From Phoronis australis (Eukaryota; Animalia; Phoronida), in assembly GCA_002633005.1 (NCBI GenBank), contig NMRA01000783.1, positions 54,926 through 118,925 of the forward strand: a DNA stretch of 64,000 nt, given 5' to 3'. Position 1 is the stretch's first letter, and each line of letters begins with the position of its first letter. This document shows positions 24,314-38,300 of the stretch, one piece after another. Both the position numbers and the translations under genes were made by a program. The notes beneath the pieces are model-generated. The model was not told the DNA's origin. It worked only from the letters and a program-made list of their open reading frames with translations, and did no database searches.

Positions 24314-25690
24314 CAAGCGCCGATCCAGGATTTTGAGCTGAGGGAGCACTGGGCAGAGACAAACGACGCCCGAACTGCTACTGGAAAGATCTGCCATGCC
24401 GTGAATAATACGCTTACAAGGAAGTCACGCATTTCTAAAGATATGCGGGAATTTTCACCGCTCGTCGTTCTGAGCGGCTTGCACCAGGATCAAAGAGAAC
24501 TCGGCGCCGGAATCAGGTACAAATGCGATGACCGCATTGCCCGATGCGAGAAAGACCCAATTAAATGCAATTATCCGACCATAAACTGTATTAAACATCT
24601 CTGACTGTACAATGTACATAGTGGCAAATTTTCAAAATGCATTAACCACTAATTTTCGTTATAAACGAACACCACGGCGGTATTCAGCTGAAAAAAAAAA
24701 CACTAGTACGGTTTTCGATTTTTAAAAATCGACGAACTCACTAATAATCTAAAAACTACAACAATTGTGTACGATTGAAGATAAACTACCGCGCGTATTG
24801 ATATACTTGGTGGATATACAAACGCTGATCAGAGTTAACAATATCACATGGATTCATTTTTAATATTCTTTCAATCTCGATCGTTTAACCAGATTTTTGA
24901 CCATTAAACAGTTGTTGTGCCCACTTTTCATTTTTTTATTACTGACAAAGGGCTAGAATAGTTAGTCAGTGCCACCAAAATTGTCCAGAGATTACAAATC
25001 TTCAGTTTGGTTATCACCATATTTGTACTTTTGCATATATTTTATGATTTGAGTTCTAATAAAGTTTAAAATTTAATGACATGTGAAATGTTTAGTGTAC
25101 CTGTAATGTGGTAAGTTTAGGGATGGGCTCACAATGAACTTAACTAATTAAATTTAACTGGCGATCAAAATCTACCACTGTTTTGGTATTTCAATTTCAA
25201 AACTTAGATAAAAAGTTATCAACCCGTCGGTTAATTCGCGGTAAGAAAAAAAAAACAAGTGGGCAGAAACATTAAAAATTACACAAAGGAAACCAATATG
25301 AAACTTATCATTCCTTGGGAAGTGGCCCTTTTGTGAAGATAAACACAAGTTAACCTTTTTAGTCATTTTGTAATACTTTATAATGTACCAAGTTAAAACT
25401 ACCGTACTCTCCAGAGTTGCAGGCTATAACTCCTGCCAAACGTCAGAGCTAGAAAACCAGCTTGATTGGGCCGGTACTATTGTTGAGACAGTCTTGCTAG
25501 CAATTACCTTTCCACTTCATTACCTCAGCATCAATACAAAGAGCGTGCTGAATAGGCCTCATAAAAGTTGTCTGGGGCTTAGGGAATCAGAGCGGCAACC
25601 AGTGCAAGCGAGAAATTCTCCACGTAGGAAGAATTTTGTGGGGCCGGGTGCATGGCCCCTTTAAGTTTTTCGCCCCTAAATCCGCAACTG
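24314..25690. mobile_element. Longer (~1.38 kb) degenerate member of the CAGGGGCGGATCCAGG family
   Basis: CAAGCGCCGATCCAGGATTTTGAG ... CCCCTAAATCCGCAACTG; flanks GACAT / GACAC. Confidence 0.5.
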
Positions 25691-26089
25691 GACACCGAAT
25701 AGGTCGTCGTAGAAATGTGTGGTCTCCAAATGTATCAGTTCAGCCGGATCACCCCGGCACCCAATTTCAATGGGAAAGCCCCGACCTAATTAGCGCAGGT
25801 CCGTTTGGGTTCATGCACAGTCAACACCCGGCAGCTGAGATTTTATTGGTCAACCCTGTAACACCGATAACTCGGAATCAGCTAAATGTTTCTCCCAGCT
25901 GTTAATTCGTCATGGATTGGAAGCTCAAACGCGACTCTTAAAAATTAACGTCCAGATGCCCGAGTGTCTCGCTGAAGTAATGCTACTGACGTCTGGCGAG
26001 GTCGAGCAGGGTTCCCGGCCCTAACGGCCCGAAAGACTGCTCAGCCGGTAGGCTTTAGTGCGGCGACCCTACCTGCTTTTCAATCATCA

Positions 26090-26175
26090 CCCGTCGACCA
26101 ATCAGAGCCCAGAACAGCCCAATCGGACGCCATATTGAACTCCAGCTCGACCTAAATTCAGGAAGTGACGCTTGT
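26090..26175 (+). promoter_or_regulatory. Probable dlg1 proximal promoter
   Basis: CpG-rich segment with CCAAT boxes (26098, 26119), YY1-like CGCCATATT (26128) and ETS/CRE-like GGAAGTGACG (26161), about 150 bp upstream of the ATG. Confidence 0.55.
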
Positions 26176-26313
26176 TTCAGGCCAAATTTAAGATTTTTGG
26201 ATTTGCAAGCAGACACACATTGATGTTATTTTGTCCACACTTATTTGTATGACCGCTTGGTGGTTCGAGATCACTAGTTGAACGAAGCAATTACGGAAAT
26301 ACTCGGAAACAAG

Positions 26314-26332
26314 ATGCCGGTTCGCAAGCAAG
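26314..26332 (+). CDS. dlg1: dlg1 exon 1
   Basis: MPVRKQ G|gtgagt, the canonical Dlg1/SAP97 start. Confidence 0.92.
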
Positions 26333-29300
26333 GTGAGTCAATAGGCATAGTGTTCCTCGCAGTCTCATTTGCTCGTTTTTCACTCAGTCAACTTCAAATA
26401 CATTCTTGCACCATGCGTGCGTATAAAGACTTACCTCAGCATTGTTATTTTTTGTTGTTGGTGTAGCCTACTGTGTATTCAGTGCTAGATCTCTGCCATT
26501 TACTTATCCCCGTAAATTTATTCAGCACGTCCTGCGTACACTCGGCGTACAGCGTGCGCTTGGGCGGGCGCCGTTGTGCTCCCGCCAGACGTTATCACAT
26601 ATCAGGTTAGGACTATTACAATACTATTACAGTCAAAAATATTTTACAATTTAAGGATTTATGTCCGCTATGAATCCAACAAACGAGTACATGAGGAAGC
26701 ATTTATTGGTGAATGCCAGTGTAATGCTTACGATGAGCAGTAAATATTGGCCCACTCAAGGATCATTTTAAATAAGCGTGGGTGTGGGTGAATTGACCCA
26801 CATGGCCCATACGATGTCTTATCTCCTGGCGAACGAACGTAGTGTTAAAAATGGACAGTTGCTGATTTGTTGATCGAATGAAGGACTGCTTGAAAAAATG
26901 TTTGATTACGGGAGTATTTATTCGAATTGGAAGGAATTATAACACCGACAACCTCCTAAGGTGTCCATCTATGTGCAAAGGTACTTATAACAACATGTCT
27001 TTGATGTTTCAATTAGTGCGAGGCATAGTTCGCCTAAAAGCTTCCGGCACCGTTTCTACGGCCAGTCGAGACGGTCACTGTCAACATAACAAAGCCGGAC
27101 GTCATGTGATACAACACTACTTCCCTTCTTGGGAGCATTGGCTCCTACTGACTGCAAATCTCAGCAACTTTCCAAGCATCCTGGAATTACAGCGCCCTCT
27201 TCATCAGCCACTCGGGGAAAACTTACATTATATGTCATTCTCAGGGTTTCGTCAGTCAGGTCTATCCATAGTTGAATTCTCTGAAAAGTCGTTGCGTTCA
27301 ATGCTGAGACTTAAGTCGGAGATCTTGCATTCAATCCAATTGGCCAGTAGGCTTCAAAGAACTCAATGCTACATCATGAGTCAACATACAAGAGGGTCAT
27401 GTTAATTAGAACCTTTTGGGCAACATCTCACCTCTGGTACAGCTTTTGAACAATGACAATGTGGGTAAAATTTGTTAAATCAGATGTGATACAAAAAACC
27501 GCAATTGTACTAAAGGAAATACACTGGATGTGAGTGCGATATTATGTCAGCTTCTATCTCCATGAAGTAAAGTGTCGTGTATTGACCAATTCCTTGTTTG
27601 CCACTTCTTAAATCTACTGTCCTTCCTCAAGGTTGTGTACAATTCACAACAAACTTCTGCCAGTTCTGGTACTGGTTACTAATGTGCTTTTAGTTTTTAT
27701 CACCAAATCGAATTTCTTAGCACATTTTGCTTCGACAATGTTGTTACCATCTCCCTAAAGATGTCTTGCATCATGAGCGTATTATTTTAAAGTCGATGAC
27801 GGACTTTTTTGAGCACAGCAAAAGAGGGAGCGTGGTGCTTTATCTAACGGCTGTAACGGGTAATGTGAGTATTGGTTGATTGTCAGATTTTGCATTGAAC
27901 TCTGGTTGTGAGCTTTACTGATATGTGTTTCATAGGGAGGTTGAGCAGAGCTCTGGGGGTAGTGTGAAACTCAGAGGTCAATACAAACTCAATGTATTTG
28001 TCCTTGTTTTTGCAAGCTGGCTGGCTACTTTTAAGTGGGATTTTGTCTGATGAGACTGTCCGTTAAGTGCCATACTTGGTCCACCAATTGTTCAGTTCAT
28101 TACTTTTAACTGTCATCACCTATACATTGTTAGTGGCGTGTGCATGCAGGGGCGGATCCAGGATTTTGAGTTAGGGGTGGCCAGGGCAGAGCCATTATTT
28201 TGCCCGTCAGACATTCGCACCCCAGAACTGCGAAATGTCCCCCCACCCCTAAATTCGCCACTGGCATGTGAAATTTCATTGCATTTTGAAATTCTTATTT
28301 CCCATTTGACCACCTGGGAATTTCGCCAAGTCGCCAAATGTGACTTGGCGTTTTTAATGCTAAGCGAACAGTATAACCGCACCAGTTCCTGTGATATAAA
28401 CTTGAAAACAAGTCTATGAAATGTTGAAAACTTCACCTATTGTATTTTTCCATTAAATCGTAAAATTACTGTCTTGCCAATGCAGAACCAGTTTTTGAAA
28501 CTATTGTTTCAGTGTTTTGACTTTAGAAATTTTTAAATTACTATTGTTGACCATGGCCACAAGATAAATATTGCTGTCGATTTATGATATTTAGCATGTC
28601 GCCAAATAAATTACCGGTAGTGCTAATTGACTGATAACTTGTTGGACGTTCTAGCCACTGGACTGAACAAATCTCCAGCGGAACACCTGAGGTCACCTGT
28701 GCCCCTTTTTCAGCCAGTCAAAGGGAAACTTAGGGGTACCTCGCATATTTTGCAATTCGTGTATGGTCTCTTTGGGTTTGATATGCCCGATAGACACGGT
28801 CATCTCTAACCTAAATGAGAAGACTACGATCAAGACGTTGTGTCAGTGCATGGTAAATCGATGAGTTTTGGACAGACTATTCTGATTTTCCCTGGACAAT
28901 TCTGACTCCCATTTGTTTAATCCTTGCAGTAGGACACGTGCTCTGATGTGTGCATCAGAGTTTTACCAAATCATAGCAATCGCCAAACAAAATCTGAGGT
29001 CACTTTGGCCACTTCTACCTGTTTAGCTGGCTAAAAATGGAAACCGATTGAGGTCTTTAACTCTCATAATATTCCTTTCCTTTGTTGAGAGTTGGCAACG
29101 GAAATGGAGTCCAGTCAAGGTAAGGGATATTGCGAGACAGCCTAAAAGAATAAAAGGCCCAATTCTGTTTTCATTTTTAAACAACTTTTTTAAAGGGCGT
29201 CAAGCAACTTTATTGTTTTTTACTTGAGATAAGACATTTTTCTTTAGAGACATTAACTTGTCTTGCTGCAGACACTACTAGTACCAATTTCATTTTTAAG

Positions 29301-32300
29301 AATATTTTGCAATCTAAGGACTATCTCGGACTGTTTTAGCAAATTATTTAGAAATGCAACATATTGCGATGATGTGATTATAAAAGTAGTCCTGGGCAAA
29401 TGACCAAACAATGTCCGGAAAGCAGCGTGATGGGATTTTTGTAATAACACTATGTGAGCCCAAATGACACATGCCATCAGTACAAAAGTCGTTTAGTTGC
29501 AGAATTTTTTGTTTTGACGTTTTTCAAATTATCTATGAATACCATTGGAGCTTGTTTAGCATAGGTCATGCTGAAGCAGTATTGCAGTACAGTTGGCAGA
29601 GGAGAATGTAACCACGCCTATATTTTGAATAGTTTTGCATGATTCGACAAGAAAAACATTGAATCAAAACCGATTCCACAATGGTGGAATTGAGTATGGT
29701 CTCTCTAAAAATTTTAAATTCACATATATGAGGTGAAATCTCAGTTGCACGCAAATTTTCGTCTGGCATTGCCAGAATAATTTTAAAAATCTCATAAATG
29801 AGGTGAAATCATCTTGGCTATAAGTAAATCTTGGTCTGATAGCATGGGAAAAGGGGAAGTTTTACTTGTTATTCGTCAGGGAAACGGAATATGTAGGTTT
29901 TGGTCTAGTCTTATTCTTAGAATTTTGTCTCCTGTCATACCTGCCTATTACATGATAAGCAGCTTTGACAGTTCTCAGTGACAATGTAGAGACCCTGGTT
30001 TTCTGCTTTTTAAAACAAAGAAGTCCATCCTAGCAAAAATGGATTTCAATTTTTTTGTTTTGTGAACTATCAAATTCCGTTTTATTGTGTTAAAGTGATA
30101 AATAACGTGAAAATGATGTGGGCATTACCTTACTTTCTTCTCTGAATTATGCTGCAGCTCCATTTTACCAATCAATGACTTGCTGCACGCCATGTTTATG
30201 GTTTCTCAAAACTGGAAAAGATCAGTGCCGCTGTCGGAAGGAATGAACGACAACTTAGTCATGTCTGCTCCAAAACAATAATCGATCAAATTTGATGGAT
30301 TATATTTCTAATTTTTGGTAATTAAATATGAGAGTTATGGTATCTACTACTGAAACATGGTAATTCCATTTGAAATCTCATTTTCCGTTATCAGGAAAAA
30401 CTGGGGTATCTTCATAATAACAACAGGCTGAGGAATCGGATTTTAGTGCTGCTCAGTGCTTACCCAAGCTGCAGATTTTGTTTGTCCTTGGCCATTCCAA
30501 AATCAATGAATTTGAATTGTATTTGTCAATTTTTTATTAAAATTTTATCACAACACATGCAATTCTAAACACCAGAAGTGGTCTGTGAGCAATGAAGAGG
30601 TTGGTTGTCTAGTTTCACTTGGGGACTGTGCTTTGTTGTTAAAATGCAGTTGCATTTGAACTCCTTTTAAAAACTGCTGTTTGTGGTCTCATTGATGTCA
30701 ATCAGATGTCAAAAATGCTGCAATTTATCATTTAGTCACTAATGAACTCTAATTTAGGTATAATTACACGTCTAATTCTTAAAGGCCTGGGAAATTTTCC
30801 TTTTATATGACAACTGGACATATAGTGTTTGATCCACATTTGTCTGCCGGTTGGTCAAGTTGGCATTTCATTTTTAGCGAGTCATCAGCGACGTTACGAT
30901 GATGGGTAAAAAGTCCGTTGAAAAGACCTTAACGATTAATCTAGATACATTATGTTGTAGTTTCACTTAAATTAGTCATATGAGTTAACATTCACAATGC
31001 ATGTGTAGTAATTAACAAAAATGAGTAAATATTGAATGGACATGGAAATAGTGATCACAATCGTTTTTTAAGTCTGTTCTGCAAATCCGGTCTAGTAAGA
31101 ACGGTTGAGCTTAGAAATTAAGTGCATAACCTGCTATGCCTTAAGGTTACTAGTATGTAGAACCCTAGACAAATGTCCAGCAGTCCAGATTTGGCTAACA
31201 TCAGAGCCTCTCCATGTAGACTTGTCCATAAGGTTGACAGTCAATCTGTACAACCCAACTGGCACTGGATGAGTCAATACGACACTGTTCGCTCCTTCCC
31301 GTTTTCTAACTAGCTTGCTGTGACCTGAAATATTTATGTTAAATAGAATGTTTGTATTCGCTGTCTTTAAGTACCAGTGAAATCAGTGTACTAGTAGAAT
31401 GCCCAGCATTCGGGCACAGAACCAAGCTATTTCCAGGCTAGTTTCTGCTCTATTTTGAATGTGAAAATTTCATAAGATGATGAGCATGTCCATTCTAACC
31501 TGCCCTGTCCCGTTTTTGGCAATTCCAAAAATCACTGAACGGTGAAAGTTGCAACAAGTTTTATGAATGCAACTTTAGGATTCAAATTCAAAGTTCTTGT
31601 TTTTGGCATTGAAAATTGCCGAAGCAGATACATAGGGACTCGTACAATTTTGATTTATATATCTGAGACGAAGCATTTCATTGACGACCATTTGGGAGTT
31701 CCTGTTGCTGTGTAGTTACGTTAAAACGTCCCCAGTTGAAGATGCAGTGTGAGGGACTTGAGAATTTGTTTTTGGGTAAAAGATAAACGTGGTGTACCTG
31801 ATGAATATTGTATTTATTCGAAATTCCATACCATAGCTAGCATGAGATAATGTTTTGAAAATATATGGACATTCTCAACTGCAACGTAAAATGATCAGTT
31901 TTGGTATTTCTTTTTCTACGAATTTGGCGAGATTACCATAATTGGGTTCCGAGGCTTTTTGTGTAGACCGTGACTTGATTATGGCGACATATCTGTTGGT
32001 GTTACCATGCCATAGATAGTTGTCTGGGGCAGTTATCACTGATTGCTGTCTCACTGAACTCTAGGTAAGGCAACTTTTTATGTGGCTAGATAATGGATGC
32101 CTGTAGTGGTAGTGATAGTGTCTATTTGAAAAATAATTAAATAATAGAACCACAACACTGTCGTTATTGACAGCAACATCTGCCGATGACATCGAAGTTA
32201 ACCGTCTACTGCTTCAACACTCGGCTGTTAAGACAATGTTTCTTTTTGCATGAGGATCTTATTTGTTTTTCACAAAAAATCAAAATATGCATGAATCGAA

Positions 32301-35300
32301 AGGAGAATATACAAAACAGTAAGAGTGTTTTTGAGATCTCATTTTGAAAATCTATATCAAATGAAATCTAGTCTCATCATGTCATTGACAGTGTTGTTTT
32401 GCTGTCAAAGATTGTACCTATCTCTTTTGCTAAATTATACTAAAAAGACATGACCACGTGACCAAGTTCATGGCAGATACGAAAATCAAATTTTACTGGC
32501 TAAATCTGTTTTCAGAAAACATATAATACGTAATTTTTTGAGCCCAAACCGAAGCTAATGGTCTATAATGAGCCAACTTCACCAAAACATCGAGGCGCCG
32601 GCATCGGCATGAAAGGCTCTCTAGTTCGTTGGTCTCATAGTGTTTTCTTCGTTTTCAAGATGCCCACCGTGCGTTGGAACTGCTGGAAGAATATCACACC
32701 AAACTCAACCGACCACAGGACAAGCCCCTTCGCACTGCTATAGAACGAGTCATCCGAATTTTTAAAAGCAGGCTCTTCCAGGCCTTACTTGGTAAGTATT
32801 TCAACCTCTGAATTGCACAGCCTGTTTCAGGGACCTCCCTCCTGATAGCATCCATGTTCAAATGGTTGCATTTGGGGTATCAATTGGACAAGAGACCCCT
32901 TATTTGTTCATTATCTGTATCAATGCTAACACTCATTGTTAAGCTGTCAGATGTTAAAAATAACAAAGTAGGCTATTCAAAGCCCCCTGTCTAAAAGTAA
33001 AGGTTTGAATCAGGTCAGTTGTGTGTAGGCTGAAGTTATGGTGTTCAATTCCATTTTGGCATTGGAATTTAACTTGGAAAAAGATGAAATTTCCACATTT
33101 TGATAGGCTGCTGGCACTTTTCTATGAAGACATTTCCGTAATTTCAAGCACATTATAATTTTATACATTAATTTTCTACGTGAACTGGTGTCATCGAATT
33201 CATTGGCGTGGCCTTATATTTTTTTTAGCACATCTTGTGACTGAAGTTAAGTGCCATTAACTGTGCTGTCAGAATAAACAAATGTTTTCTGATGCTGCTA
33301 GTCCACACCTAAATTCCAAGCTCTTCAAAACCTATTGTGCAATAGACCTAACCAGGCTGTGTACAATTTTTCATTTCATTGGTATTCTGTTTTCACAGGA
33401 TGCTACCCACAACAATTGGGCAGGTTTCTGCTTTCTGTCTAAGTGCTAATTGCTATTCACCGAGTTTGTTGGATAGTGGAATTTTGGGGCGTAAGATTTT
33501 AGCCTGTTTACAGATTACGGTAATTGCCAGCTAAAGAGATCTAGTGTAGTGTATACTAGTGATGATCTTATATGCAGTGGTAATGGTGTGGTATTCACTG
33601 TGGACAGTACATTAACGTGTTTTGTTTAATTAAAGTACTTATGCTTCTAATTAGTAGAGACAGTCAACCAATCAATCCTGTGTCCAGAAGTGCTGTGTAT
33701 GACTAGGCCTTGGTTGTGGCTCCTGAATGTCAGTTTTTTAGCTGAAGTTATTTTAGTCCTTCACAATTTACTAGAGATTAAAACTGCTGGATATAAAAGA
33801 GGCCACGCTCATGTTCTGTTTGAGTAGATGTAAAAGTTCTTCGAAACTGGGTCAATTTCTAACCTTGATGCACACACACTGACACACAAGCTGTAAAGAG
33901 AGCTAGGTACTTGTTCAGACATACTCACTGCACTTTAAACTGTTGGGAACTGTTCTTATTAAGTGAGTACGCCATTTGTTTTGACCTATAGATGCATCCA
34001 TATTGATTGATGGCGGCAAACGACTGCTAGTGCAGTTATCTTAATGTAAAAACGGTTAATTGCTCGTTAATAATTTTCTATCCATATTGACATGTCACTG
34101 TGGTCCTGGTGAGAAGGGAGCGTGTCTGCTTGTCAGTGCTGTATTCGTTTCAAAATAAAAAAAATTGTCATATGGTGACTTCAGTGAGGGGCTTGGGTTT
34201 CAAGAGTGCCAGGCGAAGTCTGCTTTTTGCGTTTAAGAGTTGATGCAAGCTCCATGCAGCAAAGCATCCATGTGTTCTGTTGCTTTAAATGGACATCCTC
34301 GACGAGAAAGTAATTTTTGTAAGTTAGCAGTATCGTGGTTTCGAATGTACTGCCTCTGCAGTATCAACCAAACGCTCTACCGCTTGAAGCCCAACCTCGT
34401 GTTAAAAAGCAAATTACACATGTTTAAATGGTAAAGACACCAGCCTCGATTTCAGTGAATATTTGGCAGACAACAGTGAGAATTGAAAGATTTGTAAAAA
34501 ACAATGGGTTTTGTTGTTTTATAGCTCTGATCAAAGCTATTAGCTTTTAGAGGTGTAATTATTTAACAATAAACTCAAAAATGTGTTTTTTGATTGCAAA
34601 AATGGAAATATCCCTTTCAATGATGCTGACGTCTGTGTCTATCAGGGTCAGATTAGACACTCAGAGTTTGAGAAAACAAAATTGTACCGCAAACCAAGCA
34701 ATCAAGGAAAAAACAGAAGTGAAACATTGCCTTTATTCTTGAGGCAATCTTTGCTTTTTGCTTCCCATTTTTTTCTTGTAGCGAAGATTCATCAATTTTG
34801 GCTGTAACATTATCGGCAAGGAGAAGGATTTTCTGAAATCACCCCCTGTACATATTCGAACCTGGAACCTTCGAGATCACTTTGCTGATGAGCTAAGTCG
34901 CTCTCGCTTAATGACAGATTATTTTAAGCGTATTTAAGTGGTATTTAAAGTAAGTAGCAGAGACTGTTGAGGATTGCCGACAGATTTTATTGTTTTATGG
35001 CTCTGCTCAAAACTGATCTCTGCAAAACGTCTATCATATCCAAAAATAATCCCAAAATCCGTTTTTCAGATGTAGCAACAATAATATTCCTTGGATATTC
35101 ATTTGGAAAACAACAGGCTATGATGTACATATAAATAGTGTGACTTGGGTGACCATATCACTTGCTTGGTATACACAAATATGCTTGGTTGCATCCATTT
35201 GAACATCCTCTAGATGGCGCCTAGGTCACACTCCAGTGTTAAATGCATCATTCTTTTCAGATATTCAAGAGTTCTATGAGATCACTCTCTTGGATGAGCA

Positions 35301-38300
35301 GAAGTCTACTCAACAGAAAACCCTAGAGACTCTGCAGATAGCCTCCAAGTGGGAACGACAAGCTCCTTTCACCAACAATGCGACTGATGTAAGTCCCCCC
35401 TCTCCCTTCCCTCCTCTTTTCCCCTCTCTTCTTCCCCCCGCCCCCTTCTTCTCTCCCTCCCCCCTCTCCCTTACCCTCTCTTTCCTCACCCTCACCCTCT
35501 TTTTCCCCCTCCTTCCCTCCTGCTCTCTCCCTTGCCCCTCTCTGTTGATCCTTCCCCCCTTCCCCCGTCTCTCTCTGTCTCCTCTCTCTGCTGCCAGCTC
35601 ACTAATATTGCATCAGTGTGTAATTGAACTTTGTATATGCTGTCTTGATCCATCTGTGTTCCATATCATCCCAGCTTTTTAATAGGTCTTGGCCAGAAAC
35701 AGCTGTTCATAGGCTGCTCACTTTTGATAGTGTTACATTCCGTTTAATGTATAACAAAGTGTAAACATTGGTGTTGGTAAGCAACATTGGGTAGTTTTTT
35801 AGTGGACTCCTGCTGTAATTTGTGTTGCTGGCTGTTCGTTTTTTCCTCACCACTGAATGTTGAGCTCTTTTGAGTGTCAAAGCTGTATTTTCATCACATT
35901 ATGTGTATGTTGGAAAGTGGTTGTTATGGAAAGTCAGTGTTAGATCTAGAACATTGACTAGGGTGCTGTTTTTTCTGGGAATATTGAAATATTGTACGGT
36001 AATTCTAAACTTGTCTGGTGTACAATATGGCCGACAAGTGAACTCCTATTGTGTCAAAATTTTCCACAAAAATAGGGGTTAAGAAAATTTTAGTTTATTA
36101 CTTGCCTGGTTTGTATATTGTAGATGTTATAAAACTTGGTAAATTTCAATTATTTTCAGTAAAGTAGTCAACTTTTGAAGATGGAAAAAATGACAGCTTG
36201 GGCAATTATTTTTGTGTGAAATTAGCGAAGAACTACTATAATTATTCAGGAACCTCTCGCACATTTCAGTGGCTAATACTGAGGAAATTTTATGTTTGTA
36301 CTCAATTTTTGCCAATATGCTCTATTGCTGCCCCATTCGGGGGCTAGTTAAGTGTACAAGTCAGCTACCATCAGACAATGTTTTGAAAACTGCTGGGCAT
36401 TCACCATAATGGTAGAGCTGTCGAAAATGAGGTAAAGGCAAGTTATCCATGATTTTTGTCTAACATTGATGAGATTACCATATATTGATTGGTTTTCGGG
36501 TAGAAATGGAGACAGTATGTTATCATTAAGCTATGCCAGGCACATTGTGGCCGTTTTTGGATGCATGCATTTTCAACATCTGAAATGACTAAACTGGAAT
36601 GAAAGTGCACCCACGGCGAGCTTTTTTTTCATTGATTTGCGTCTCATTTACGTCAGAAAATCCTGGTAAAACTTATGTCTTTATCTCTTGAATGAATTGT
36701 GATGGTACCTTATACATTGCAAAGTTGGGACAGCGTAACAACACGTGGGGCTGTTTTCAAAATAAACTAAACAGATTTTGACAGAACTCCGGCAAACTGC
36801 CTAACTTAGATACACTTATGTCGTTGAAATTTTGTTGCAATATATACCTTTTTTATCAAACTTTTATTGGACTTTTATGTGACATTATTACGCATAGTCC
36901 CTAATTATTCATTTATTTACGAATGAACTTGTGCAGTGTGCTGTCAAGGTTTAGGCAACATGCATGCATCAAGACCTGTGAGTTTACATTTTGTTGAGAT
37001 TTATGTTGGATTGAAATTGGTTTTAGTTGCATATTTATGCACTGAAACTTTATACGGAATTGCAAAGTTTTTCAGCTTACCTTGAAAACTTCTGAAATAG
37101 CGTTATGTCAGTGCTTCATGCAACCATGCCCTGAAATGGAGTTAATACGAAGCAACACATCCTGTAATTGTGGCAGGGTTTCTGCAAAGCTTTCACGTCA
37201 GCAATTGTCACTTACATGGGCTCCGGATTTTGCCTATTATTCTGTATAGAAAACTGGTTCTAAAAATATGCGACCCCTGTAAGTGACTAGTACCTTCACT
37301 TCTACGGAACACGCCTGATGGTTGTTTCTGTACATCCACAGAAAGTTCAGTCGGAGGATGACTTGCCACCCCCTCCACCAGAACTTGAACCTTCCCCAGT
37401 CATAGAGCAGGTCGAGCAACCAGTGCTGGCATCGAAATCACCTGAACAAGTAAGTGCAGGAGTATGTTGGTGTCACGGGATAGTTTATTCACTCTCGTGG
37501 GGCCGTAGGCTAGATTTCTCGACACAATAATGTTTTTCCCTAGACATTCCATCAACAAAAAATAATTAATCAGTCTTTTTTTCACTGAAAGTGTACATTA
37601 TCTATCAATGTTTTAATATGTTTCCTACTTATCAGTGGTTTCTGGGTTTGGAAAGAGCTAACTGTTCGTTATTTGCTAGAGTTCATGTCAGCATTATACC
37701 GTGATCTGCTATGACTTGCCAACTGAGTAAAAAATTAGTTTATTGTTGGCAGGCAGGCTATAGCTGTCAAAAGTGAACACAAACTGGACCTAGTTATTGT
37801 TTCAATTTAGCACAGGACAACCTTGAATCACCTTTTAACCGGATGTAATTTCAAGATTAGATTAAATTACGTTGTTACCATTGCTCAGTAAGCTTGATAA
37901 GTATTGGTGAAGGTTGATCAATAGTCTTCGAAATTTAATTATGCACTCGTTTTGTCTGTTAATAATCTAAACACTCACCATTACAAATTCAAGATAAATC
38001 ATTTTCATCATGTGTAATTATAAAGCTGGACGGAAATGAGTGTTTTCTGCTGTTTGTAGAAATTCTCTAGACTGCAAACAGAACTCATTTACTGCTGCGT
38101 CTTTAAGTTACATTGCAGCCTTCTGTGGGGAAAATCGCAATGTTCCAATGTCGATTACTCACTCCGGATATGATGTGGTAAACATTTAATGCTGTAGTGT
38201 AATACAATTCAATGCAATGTAATATGTATGGGAATAATGTAATACAGTGTTGATACTATGTAATGTGATGTAACACAGGATGAGGAAAGTGATGACATGG

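Noticed and set aside
23762-24907. Tc1/mariner-like element starting TATACTATGGTCAAAAGTTTG
   Set aside because: No convincing matching right TIR with a TA TSD; the only partial match lies inside another element
26878-27405. 175-aa ORF
   Set aside because: Overlaps repeat module A inside dlg1 intron 1; no recognisable domain; frame not kept in the other A copies
35389-35682. Pro/Leu/Ser-rich extension of the 148-aa ORF
   Set aside because: Read-through into the intronic C/T tract past a consensus GTAAGT donor
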